From Macrostomum lignano (taxonomy: Eukaryota), in assembly GCA_002269645.1 (NCBI GenBank), contig NIVC01002350.1, positions 62,001 to 126,000 of the forward strand: DNA of 64,000 nucleotides. The letters run 5' to 3'. Positions 26,643-37,967 of the stretch are shown in pieces. The notes under the pieces are model-generated. The model was not told the origin of the DNA, searched no databases, and saw only the letters and a program-made list of their open reading frames with translations. The position numbers were made by a program, and so were the translations under genes. Within the stretch, counting starts at the first letter, position 1, and every line of letters begins with the position of its first letter.

Positions 26643-26964
26643 GACTAATTAACTAAATAACTAACTAACTAACTAACTCACTAATTAACTAAAAAACTAA
26701 CTAACTAACTAACTAACTAACTCACTAATTAACTAAAAAACTAACTAACTAACTAACTAACTAACTCACTAATTAACTAAATAACTAACAAACTAACTAA
26801 CTAACTCACTAATTAACTAAATAACTAACTAACTAACTAACTCACTAATTAACTAAATAACTAACTAACTAGCTAACTAACTAGCTAACTAACAAACAAA
26901 CAAACTAACTAACTGACAACTAACTGAATAAAACTAACTAGCTAACTAACTGACTAACTAACTG

Positions 26965-27007
<43 letters not shown>

Positions 27008-27008
27008 G

Positions 27009-27048
<40 letters not shown>

Positions 27049-27125
27049 GCTAACTAACAAACAAACTAACTAACTGACAACTAACTGAATAAAACTAACT
27101 AGCTAACTAACTGACTAACTAACTG

Positions 27126-27164
<39 letters not shown>

Positions 27165-27233
27165 GACTGACTAACTAACCAACTAACTAACTAACTAACT
27201 AACTAACTAATTAACTAACTAACTAACTAACTG

Positions 27234-27266
<33 letters not shown>

Positions 27267-27267
27267 T

Positions 27268-27330
<63 letters not shown>

Positions 27331-27331
27331 T

Positions 27332-27394
<63 letters not shown>

Positions 27395-27395
27395 T

Positions 27396-27441
<46 letters not shown>

Positions 27442-27553
27442 GCTAACTAACTAACTAACTAACTAACTAATTAACTAACTAACTAACTAACTGACTAACT
27501 AACTAACTAACTAACTGACTAACTAACTCACTAACTAACTGACTAACTAACTC

Positions 27554-27588
<35 letters not shown>

Positions 27589-29717
27589 GACTAACTAACT
27601 AACTAACTAACTAACTGACTAACTAACTCACTAACTAACTGACTAACTAACTCACTAAGTAACTAACTAACTAACTAACTAACTAGCTAACTAACTGACT
27701 AACTAGCAAACAAACAAACAAACTAATTAACTAACTAAGTAACTAACTAATTAATTAAATACCTAACTACCTACTTACCTATGAATCTACCTAACTAACT
27801 CACTAAGGCTGATAGCCAAAAAGGCTCGAACACAGTTACTTGCCAGCAGAGGACGAGGGAAATCGTTCAACAATTTTCACGGAGTTCGAATTGGACGAGC
27901 TTTTAACAGCGGAAGGAACATTTCTTTTGGTTGCCAACGGGGTCGCTACTTCGTTGCTTAGCAACCGAACGGTAGCCTTAGCGACGCTGTCAGCAGCGGT
28001 GCCAGCTGACGCCATGGGTCTGCTCCGATTAGTCAGAAAGTCCCTGGTGGCCCGGGTAAACCAATCGGACGCGATGGCGAACGCTGCAGTCTCCGGATCG
28101 GCCCGCATACTCGCTGTGGACGTCGCAAACGGCGCCGAGTCGGTAGCCGTCGATGTCGACTGGACGAGCCGGTCCAGCCAGGCCAGACTCGGCCGCTGGG
28201 CCGGCGTCTCCGTCGATAACTTTGGCGCCTCCTTGACTTCCGACGCCTGCGGCTTGTCGCTGATTTTGAGCAGCCGGTCCAAATCTTCGGCCACGGCGTC
28301 CAGGACCACCGGGTCGCCAGGCCGCGGCTCCACTGCGGCGAGTGTCTCCGTCAGGGCGTCGGCGGTGAGCGGCGGCGGATCGACGCAGGAGGCGGAAGCA
28401 TCGGCGCCGACGCGAAGCCACAGCGGAGTCTCCGGGATGAGTTTATCGTGTACGTAGGCCGATTGGGCGAAGCAGGCATCGGAGCAGTAGCACTGAGCGA
28501 TGGCATTGAGAAGTTCACCTCGCGATAGCTGACACCTGACATTTGACTACCTGACATTTGACTACCTGACAATTGGCTACCTGATATTTGACTACCTGAC
28601 ATTTGACTACCTGACATTTGACTACCTGACATTTGACTACCTGACATTTGACTACCTGACATTTGACTACCTGACATTTGACTACCTGACATTTGACTAC
28701 CTGACATTTGGCTAACTGACATTTGACTACCTGATATTTGGCTACCTGACATTTGGCTACCTGACACCTGACATCTGGCTACCTGACATCCGATACCCGG
28801 CAATAAGACACCCGAGTTTAGCCAGATCCATCTGTCACCTTTCGCCGAGTGACATCGTACACCCGCCTAGTAGACGCAATGATCCGGTAGCGCTGCTGTT
28901 GCGCTCTGTCGCTAGTGGGGCTCAGCGGCTCAGGGCACAGCGGGAAGCCGCAAGAGTTGGTCAAGTTGCGCTCAGTAACTGCGTCCAGGTAGTGCTGCCG
29001 GCTGAGGTAGATCAGCTGCGGATGGGGAGAGACGGGGAAAACCGCTATGCTGAGCTTTGAATCCACCCTACCATTCTACCATCGTTCTATCCCTAATCTA
29101 TTTCGTCTTCTATTCCGCCCTAATTTATATGCTCCTATATATCTACTAAAACATATTTTATTTTATCTTTAATTTTCACTACTGAATCTACTAAAAATAT
29201 GATTTTCTACCCTTTATTTCTACTTCTGAATACATTGAAAAAATACTCTACTCCTCATTTCTACCCCTGAATCTACTAAAATAGACTATATTCTGCCCCT
29301 ATATTCTACTCCCGAATCTACTATAAATCTAGTCTATTCTACCCTAAATTTCTACCCCTGAAATCTAATAAAAGTATACTCTGCTCTACCCTTATATTCT
29401 ACTTCCGAATCTACTGACAATGTACTCTATTCTACCCTTAAATTCTACCACATTTAACTCAGCAACAAAACTGAGCACCCCGAACTCACAACTCTCGAAA
29501 AGTACACCATGCCGACGCTGCCCTGGCCGGCCAGCTGTTCAACAATGCCAACAGCCCTAGAGGTGCACATTCGCTGACGCCTGGCGGTGGCTTGAAACGC
29601 CCGACTGTTCGGGCCGCTGCCTGCTGCATTGGCAGCCGCGGCAGCCGCTGCGGCAACTTTCGGCGGTATGACGTCATCTTTATCCGCTGCTAATTGTTGG
29701 CGCAACTTTGACGACAT
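25325..29717 (-). CDS. RPAP2: RNA polymerase II-associated protein 2 / Rtr1-type CTD Ser5 phosphatase, 6 exons, ~473 aa
   Basis: Exons 29717-29490 (MSSK...RAVGIVEQL...FSRV), 29015-28839 (YLDAVTERNLTNSCGFPLC...YRIIASTRRVYDVTRRK), 28492-27844 (CYCSDACFAQSAYVHDKLIPETPLWLR...), 25910-25730 (MPPVDSASQATLRRRVVQEKL...LRQLVDTF), 25627-25559 (KLTSGNIALATPVWEILGWLVLML) and 25442-25325 (stop). These carry the Rtr1/RPAP2 Zn motif (ER...CGxPLC...YD...CS..C) and the RPAP2 C-terminal motif. Phases are consistent (1422 nt) if intron 3 uses a GC donor. The last-exon acceptor is less certain. Confidence 0.9.
26046..27800. repeat. (CTAA)n tetranucleotide microsatellite filling RPAP2 intron 3
   Basis: ~1.75 kb of ctaa with ctga/ttaa/ctca variants. 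Confidence 0.97.
28530..28790. repeat. 15-bp minisatellite (CTACCTGACATTTGA) in RPAP2 intron 2
   Basis: Tandem units. The SGSQM ORF is an artefact. Confidence 0.95.
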
Positions 29718-30849
29718 TAAGAATAAAATAAAATAATATCTATATGATTTTTTAGTGCTCTGTATGACAGCTTCTTCAAGCAGTAGACTCAACTTTGTCT
29801 TGTTGCTGCAAAGATTAATTAAGAAAAATGCTAATTGAGTTATTAATTTTCACTCAAGCGACGACACCCATTGATAAAAAACTTCTGAGTCTTATAGAGC
29901 TAAAAAATCGGAATCAATTCAATAGAAAATCGAATTCCAAGCCGCGAATTTTCCCGTATAAAGAAGGGACGGTCGCAAATTTTTTTGGTGACAGTAAAAA
30001 ATGTGACACTGCTTATCATACTTGTGACCGTGATGTGACCGTCAGTTAATGTGACCTCGCAATTCGACTGTCTTATTTGACACGTCCTTCACGTGAACAT
30101 CAATATGACCCGTCAATGTGACCGTCATTGTGATCGCCAATGTGACCGCCAATGTGATCCACAAATGTGACTGTCAGAAGATGAAAAGACCGTCTTTGTG
30201 AGCCTCGTGTGTTGGGTTAATTCAAGAAAAATATAAACGTCAAAAAAGCGAACATGCAACTTGGCATGACTGGCCGTTTTACCTATTTGTTGGTCACATT
30301 CGAGGTTCACATTGACGGTCACAAAATGGTCACATAGTTAAAATGTGACCGCCTCAATTTTATAGGGGTTTAAATCCCAATTTTTATTTCGAATGAAATG
30401 AGGAATAGATAATAGAAAACTAATTATAGGCTTATTAGCAAGCACTTCTAAACTCAGTTAAAACAATCTAAATAATAGTACATTGCCAATATAAACTTGG
30501 CCCGGCGAAGTCGGTTGTACTTTGTACTTTTCAATAATTAGAAAAAGCAATTTACCACTAATTAAAAGCTGAATGCATGCATTGTGTACTTTAAAAGTAC
30601 AAGGCAATAAAAGTACATCACATCAAAATGTGGAGACAGGACGGAACGGAAAAGTACACAATATAGATAAATCAGCGCCAGATTTAAATAAAGCCAGCAA
30701 AACACAGGCATAAGATGATGGAAGAAATTGAGATTAATTATACAACCACAAAAACTGTGCGTCCAAAAGACGAAACTTGATTTTTGCAAAAAGCAGAGTG
30801 GGTTGGCAACACTTCTAAGTACTAAATCTATTAAAATATAATAAATGGG

Positions 30850-31575
30850 GGCAGAAAAACAAACTTCCAGTCCTTAATAGTGGCGGATACTCAAACTTCC
30901 GGTCATTAATAAGGGCGGATACTCAATCTTTCTGTTCTTAATAGGGGCGGATACTCAAACTTCCGGTTCTTAATAGGGGCGGATACTCAAACTTTCTGTT
31001 CTTAATATGGGCGGATACTCAAACTTCCGGTCATTAATAGGGGCGGACACTCAAACTTCCGGTTCTTAATAGTGGCGGATACTCAAACTTCCGGTCATTA
31101 ATAGTGGCGGACACTCAAACTTCCGGTCATTAATAGGGGCGGATACTCAAACTTCCGGTCATTAATAGGGGCGGATACTCAAACTTCCGGTCATTAATAG
31201 TGGCGGATACTCAAACTTCCGGCCCTTAATTGTGGCGGATACTCAAACTTCCGGTCCTTAATGGTGATGGATACTCAAACTTCCGGTCATTAATAGTGGC
31301 GGATACTCAAACTTCCGGTCATTAATAGTGGCGGATACTCAAACTTCCGGTCATTAATAGTGGCGGATACTCAAACTTCCGGTCATTAATAGTGGCGGAT
31401 ACTCAAACTTCCGGTCATTAATAGTGGCGGATACTCAAACTTCCGGTCATTAATAGTGGCGGATACTCAAACTTCCGGTCATTAATAGTGGCGGATACTC
31501 AAACTTCCGGTCATTAATAGTGGCGGATACTCAAACTTCCGGCCCTTAATGGTGGCGGATACTCAAACTTCTGGT
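30850..31575. repeat. 32-bp minisatellite (TTAATAGTGGCGGATACTCAAACTTCCGGTCA), ~22 copies
   Basis: Homogeneous tandem units between the coiled-coil gene stop and the RPAP2 start. No spacers. Confidence 0.95.
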
Positions 31576-31659
31576 TTTGTTTGACTAAAGTTTCACACTG
31601 ACTTCTGATCATTATAGAAAATAGTAGCCAAAATTCACATTCAACTTCTATACAGTCTA

Positions 31660-33548
31660 CTACAAGTAGTCAGTTACAAAGTACTCTACAGAAGGCTTGG
31701 CATCAGCAGCTGATACGGCTTGATTTTCACCAGTTTGATGACGAACGCTAGAAATGTCGACCAGATCGACTAAAAACGACTCCGACGTCGTGTCGACTGC
31801 AGCTTCCGCCGAAGTTGCCGCAGACAATGACAAAGCGACCCGCGACTCGGGCGCCAGACGGAGCGCAATCGATGACGCGTCGCCGTGCTCGAAGCCGCGG
31901 ACTCGACCGCTGCGACCGTCGCGTAGGACGATGACGTCACCAACTCGGATCCGACCGACTGACGTCGTGACGGTGGCGGCGGCGGCGTGGACGGAGACGG
32001 ACGCGGAAGAGCAGTCTAGGCAGGGACAGTCGGGCAGGATTATTAGCGGCGGCGGCTGCTGCTGCTGCTTACGGCTATCATCGAATTTCGAATTTGAGTT
32101 GAGCAACCGGTCGGCGGAACACCTGACGAACAGAAATGGCATGGGTCGGGTTGCTCAACGATATAAATGCTTATATTTAGGATTTTGGCATAGTTAATGG
32201 CTCAGGAACTGTGCCAATGGCTAATCTAGATTTCAAATTAACATTAACCAATGATTTCTAACGGTAGATCGATTCCACTGATCGAGATCTTATCTCTGCG
32301 ATTTTTAGCTGAGAAAATATGAGGTCACGATTTCCTATTGCAGGGGATTGAGGTCACAAATCCCTTTCTTAGGGCACTGAGATCACTAATGGTTTTTAGG
32401 GTGAATTGGGGTCACTCCAATTGCTGTCCATCACGGTGTATCGGGGTCACTGATGCCGTTCACGGTGAATCTGGGTCACTGATGCTCTTCACGGTGAATG
32501 GGGTTCACTGATGCTGCTCACGGTGAATCTGGGTCACTGATGTTCTTCACGGTGAATCTGGGTCACTGATGCTCTTCACGGTGAATTGGGGTCACTGATG
32601 CTGCTCACGGTGAATCTGGGTCACTGATGTTCTTCACGGTGAATCGGGGTCACAGAGCTTACAGAGTACTTCAAGGGGAATTAGAGTCATTGCCCCTCCG
32701 CAGGGAATAGGGGTCACTGACCCCTAAAAATGCGGGGAATTGGGGTCACTGACCCTCCTTCGCAGGGAATTGGGGTCACTGACCCTTTATGGAGACGTGG
32801 GGTCACTGACCCTCCTTCGCAGGGGATTGGGGTCACTGACCCTTTATGGGGATCGAAGTGGGGTCACTGATCCTCCATGGGGAAGTGAGGGCACCTACAT
32901 TACTAGGGGTCACCGATCCTGTGACGACAACTCAACAGATAGCCAAGCCACACACCGCATCGGAGACTGACGCCGGCGCCTCATCATCGGCTTCTGGTAC
33001 AGTTTCTGGCCAGACTCCGTGGCTGCCGACGCCGCCTCAGCAGCGGCCAGCTGTCGAGTCGCTCGAGCCAGTCGAACTGCCAGCGCGGAGTTCAGGCGCA
33101 TCGCGTGGCGCAGCTCGGAGCCGTCCACAACGTCGGCAGCCTCATCGGAAGTTTGCGTCGCCTGCGTTAGCAGCGAAGTCAACGAATGCGTCGTCGCCGC
33201 GGTGGCGGCTGTTGAACAAGCGGACGGCGACGGCGAGGTTGAGTACGAGCTTCGCGATCTGGAGACGGCAGCGGAGGCGGCAGCAACCCGAAGCTCGGCG
33301 TTCTCTGCTGTCAAGCGACGCAGGCGGAGCTCCAGGCCGCGCTGACGTCGAAGAAGGCTGGCCACGTCGGCGCACAGCGTGACTACGCCGCCGCGACGCG
33401 AGCTATCAATCACCATGGCGACGGCGCGAGCGGCCAGACGCTTTTCATTGTCCTCATCGTCGAGGGCGTCGTAGTCTTCAACGTTGACGTCGCCGAAGGA
33501 GCTGTCGGTCGGCGGTGTCGGCGATGCCTGAGTAGGCCTCTGGCGCTG
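31660..33548 (-). CDS. Unknown coiled-coil protein with a C-terminal small beta-barrel-like segment, at least 2 exons, ~365 aa
   Basis: Exon 33548-32914 (acceptor CTCCAG|, donor CG|GTGACC) and exon 32122-31660 (acceptor TTCGTCAG|G, stop). Phase 2 matches and the total of 1098 nt is in frame. Contains an acidic patch (VEDYDALDDEDNE), a coiled coil (LLRRQRGLELRLRRLTAENAELR) and IRVGDVIVLRDGRSGRVRGF. The first in-frame ATG is at 33416. Confidence 0.7.
32400..32900. repeat. Degenerate ~29-bp intronic minisatellite (GGTCACTGATGCTCTTCACGGTGAATCTG)
   Basis: Recurrent gggtcactga core inside the intron of the coiled-coil gene. Confidence 0.85.
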
Positions 33549-33699
33549 CTGGAGTGATATTGAATATTATGTCAACGAATAATGTAAATTTGAGCCGGGT
33601 AAACTGCTTAAACTAACTTAGTGGCTAAGAGGCCTGTTGAGAACCAGCCAAGCAGTCCAATTGAAGGCTATGAAAGCGGCGCATTGAAAAATGCCAATA

Positions 33700-34185
33700 G
33701 AGGACCAGGGAAGAGCCCTAGTAAAGGACCAGGGAAGAGCCCTAGTAAAGGACCAGGGAAGAGCCTCATAAAAGGACCATGCAAGAGCATCAATAAAGGA
33801 ACAGGGAAGAGCCTCAGTAAAGGACCAGGAAAGAGCCCCATTAAAGGACCAGGGAAGAGCCCCATCAAAGGACCAGGGAAGAGCCCCATCAAAGGACCAG
33901 GGAAGAGCCCCATCAAAGGATCAGGGAAGAGCCCCATTTAAGGACCAGGGAAGAGCCCCATCAAAGGACCAGGGAAGAGCCCCATTAAAGGACCAGGGAA
34001 GAGCCTCATCAAAGGACCAGGGAAGAGCCTCATCAAAGGACCAGGGAAGAGCCCCATCAAAGGACCAGGGAAGAGCCTCATTAAAGGACCAGGGAAGAGC
34101 CCCATCAAAGGACCAGTGAAGAGCCCCATCAAAGGACCAGGGAAGAGCCTCATTAAAGGACCAGGGAAGAGCCCCATCGAAGAAC
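33700..34185. repeat. 24-bp minisatellite (AAAGGACCAGGGAAGAGCCCCATC)
   Basis: Tandem units. The 8-aa periodic ORFs (KGPGKSPI) are artefacts. Confidence 0.95.
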
Positions 34186-34964
34186 CAATTTAAGCGTCCC
34201 CATTTATGGACGTTAAGAACCAATACACGAAAACTCCTATTTCTACAATTCCTACAGAATAGGCATAATAAATAAGCCGATTAGTAAAAGAAAAGTTTAA
34301 ATTATGAATTAAATTTGTTAAACTTCACCGCACGAAGATGTTTTTCATAATGCATTTGTTAAGTCTAAATATGTAATACATAATAGTATGTTTTGTTTAA
34401 ATTCAGACTAATATTTTATGCGTGCATATAAATATTAATCTAACTTCAAACGGGTTTTATACCTATCAACACGCTGAGCTCACGCTAGCACAAAAAAGCT
34501 TTTTTTATCTCTTTCCTTCTCAGAAAATTGCTTGCTATATAAAAAACAGACGGCGGTGTTCAAAGAAGATGCAGATTTACTTTACCTGAAATATATTTTG
34601 TTACTCTGAAGCCTACAAAGGGGTTGAAAAGAACACACTAATTAATAATAAATGTTTGCTAACGGGGGAAAGAAGGCGACAAAGTAGGTCCTACCTAATT
34701 GTTAATCCGACAGCAATAAAGTATTCTTAGAATTTAAAAAGCATACATAAGGATGAACAAACAAATTCCAACAGTTTTTTCACTAATGTTGATTTTTCAA
34801 CACTACTAACAGTAGAGCAAGGGCTTTTTTTAAACAAAATCCATCTCGACAGCAGAAATTAGAGCAAAAAATCCAAGAATCGAAAGATTCTACTGTCGCT
34901 AGTAGCAATGCCAGCATCATCCTATACGAATTATTTTTTTTGCCCGTCTAAACCCGCAGCTTCT

Positions 34965-37051
34965 TCAGGCTTTGCCAAGCCGCTTCATCTCGGCCAGCAT
35001 CAGCTGACCCATCTGGGCTGGCGATTTCGACACAACAACGCCGGCCGATTCTAGCGCCGCAATCTTCTCTTTGGCGCCGCCTTTGCCGCCTGCAATTATA
35101 GCGCCGGCGTGGCCCATCCGACGGCCGGGCGGCGCCGTGACGCCGGCAATGAATGACACCACAGGCTTGGCATCGGGGCCGGTGTTGTGCTCGCGCAGGT
35201 AGTCGGCCGCGTTTTCCTCGGCTTGGCCGCCGATCTCGCCAATAAGGACGATGCCCTCGGTGTTGGGGTCCTTCAGGAATATCTCTAGGCAATCGACGAA
35301 ATTCGTGCCGTTGAACGGGTCGCCGCCGATGCCGACGCACAGGGTCTGGCCGAGGTCCGTCACCTGCGCAGTACAGATTTAGGGATGCTTTTTGTAATGA
35401 GGATTGCTGCTTTCCCTTGGATTGATGGAGGATGCTGGGTGTTGGGATGGGGATAAGTGTTGAATAGTGATTCTGATTAAAATGGGGATTCTGATACAGA
35501 TGGGGATTTGTGTTGATCGGGGATTCTGAAAGAGATGGGAATTTGTGTTGATTAGGAATTCTGATTGAGATGGGGATTTGTGTTGATTGGGGATTCCGAT
35601 AAAGATAGGGATTTGTGTTGATTGGGGATTCCGATAGAGATGGGAATTTGTGTTGATTGGGGATTCCGATAAAGATAGGGATTTGTGTTGATTGGGGATT
35701 CCGATAAAGATAGGGATTTGTGTTGATTGGGGATTCCGATAGAGATGGGAATTTGTGTTGATTGGGGATTCCGATAAAGATAGGGATTTGTGTTGATTGG
35801 GGATTCCGATAGAGATGGGGATTTGTGTTGATTAGGGATTCCGATAGAGATGGGGATTTGTGTTGATTGGGGATTCCGATCAAAATGGGACTTATATTAT
35901 AATGAAAAATTCTAAGAGACCGAGATTCTGAGGAGGAACTAAAACTGCAAGACGAAGAAACATCTCACCGTAGTCTGGTGCACAGCCTCGTAGGTGAGGG
36001 TGCCCGAGCGGGACACGATGCCGATCTTGCCGGGCTTGTGAATATGCCCGGGCATGATGCCAATCTTGCACTGGCCGGGAGCGATCACGCCTGGACAGTT
36101 GGGCCCAACTAGGCGACTTTTGGTCTGCTGGCTGAGCCGGCGGCGCACGCGGACCATGTCGTGCTGCGGGATGCCCTCGGTGATGCACACAATCAGCGGC
36201 ACCTCGGCGTCTAGAGCTTCGTGTATAGCGGCCGCCGCGAACGGGGCGGGCACGTAGATAACTGTGGCATCGCACTGGGTAGCTTTGCGCGCCTCCGACA
36301 CGGTGTTGAACACGGGCAAGTTCAAGTGCGTCTGGCCGCCTTTGCCAGGCGACACGCCGCCAACCATCCTGGTGCCGTACTCGATTGCCTGGGTGCTGTG
36401 GAAGGTGCCCTGCGGGGGTTCGGGATGTCAGGCTTGATGCGGTTGGGTGCATGAGTGATTGCATTGAGTTGGGATCTGGATAGAATCCAGTTGGGATCTG
36501 GATAGAATGCAGTTATGATCTGGATAGAATGCAGTTGGGATCTGGATAGAATCCAGTTATGATCTGGATAGAATCCAGTTGGGATCTGGATAGAATCTGG
36601 TTGGGATCTGGATAGAATCTGGTTGGGATCTGGATAGAATCCAGTTGGAATCTGGATAGAATCTGGTTGGGATCTGGATAGAATCTGGTTGGGATCTGGA
36701 TAGAATCTGGTTGGGATCTGGATAGAATCTGGTTGGGATCTGGACAGAATCTGGTTGGGATCTGGATAGAATCTGATTGGGATCTGGATAGCTATATGGG
36801 ATCCAGATGAAACAATATAACCTATTGGGATAGAGACAAGGGCTTAATCTTAAAAATACAGGCAGTATCTAAGAGTGAAGGCGAAATCCCATAAACCTCA
36901 CCTGCTTGCCAGTGAAGCCCTGGCAGATGACTCGTGTATCCTTGTTAATAGCCAGGTTGGACCGAGTGGTCGCATAGTCAGACAGGAGCCGACTAGTTGC
37001 TAGGCGAGTCTGCCTAATGGCCAAAAGTATTCGGGAAGAGGCAAACGACAT
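34965..37051 (-). CDS. SUCLG1: Succinyl-CoA ligase alpha subunit, mitochondrial, 3 exons, 329 aa
   Basis: Exons 37051-36902, 36409-35969 and 35363-34965, all phase 0 with GT-AG. Motifs [10 protein letters not shown]|[65 protein letters not shown] and the phospho-His RMGHAGA. The N-terminus is Arg/Ser-rich like a mitochondrial presequence. Confidence 0.98.
35490..35880. repeat. 35-bp intronic minisatellite (GGGATTCCGATAAAGATAGGGATTTGTGTTGATTG)
   Basis: Tandem units in SUCLG1 intron 2. Confidence 0.92.
36470..36800. repeat. 22-bp intronic minisatellite (TTGGGATCTGGATAGAATCTGG)
   Basis: Tandem units in SUCLG1 intron 1. Confidence 0.92.
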
Positions 37052-37967
37052 GGCTGACCAGGCTAAAATAGTAAAAATAAATAGTAAACAAGTGCATAAA
37101 ATACTTCAAAAACTAGAATAACCAGCAAAGTTACAATAAAATAAATCATGCTTTTTAAAAATAATACTTGTAGATTATTATTAAAAACATGAAATCTTGA
37201 AAAAATGCATGTACAAAGCCTGATTTTAAACAAAGTTTTATGCCTATAGCCTTTTTAATAAATGAAACTAGAAAAGCATCAAGTTTTAAGTTATTACAAA
37301 AAATCACATATTTGTTGGGACACAAAAGGAGACATTTTTTCAATAAAAATAAATGAATGAAAACTTTTGTATGCTTTTTATTTATTATGAAATTTATTTA
37401 GTAATACTATCATTATAAAATAGTTAAAATTATGTTCAAAGATACCAAAAAGATGAAGCTTTCATTGAAGGCATTACAATACTTAGCTAAACTTAGCCAA
37501 GTACTTGTAAAAATTTCAAAACTATATACTAATTTATATTCTATCAAAAGGCCATTTGATATTTTTTCAAATAGAACTGCATGATGTTTAAGTTGTAGCC
37601 AATTGAATCTACTACCTACAATTATGTATATTAGTGGTCCTCTAATGATAACTACTTTATTGCATGTTCTAGTTTAGTTAAATGAATCATTAAGCATTAG
37701 TCACTTGTCAAGTCTGCTATCGGTTCAATATTTTACAATGCTACATCTATGCTACTCTAATTTTTTTAATAACCAAGACAACTTTAAATACCAAAAATAC
37801 TGATTTACCTTTATTGATTTATTTTTATTTATTTATTTAATCCAATTATGGATATAACAAAGATAACATAGTATCTAGTATTTAGAATTAGCAAATTCAT
37901 ATTTATTACAACTCCTTAGTATTTCACATGCTTCAGAAAGAATTGTATTCCTTTTAGTTAGATAATA

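Noticed and set aside
26046-27800. Telomeric repeat
   Set aside because: The motif is a 4-mer (TTAG), not TTAGGG, and it is intronic.
27840-28457. 205-aa plus-strand ORF, and similar antisense ORFs at 31754, 32846 and 33019
   Set aside because: These are antisense shadows of GC-rich minus-strand exons.
30850-31575. CRISPR-like regular 32-bp repeat (also the 28-bp and 55-bp arrays)
   Set aside because: The units are head-to-tail with no unique spacers, there are no cas genes, and the context is eukaryotic.
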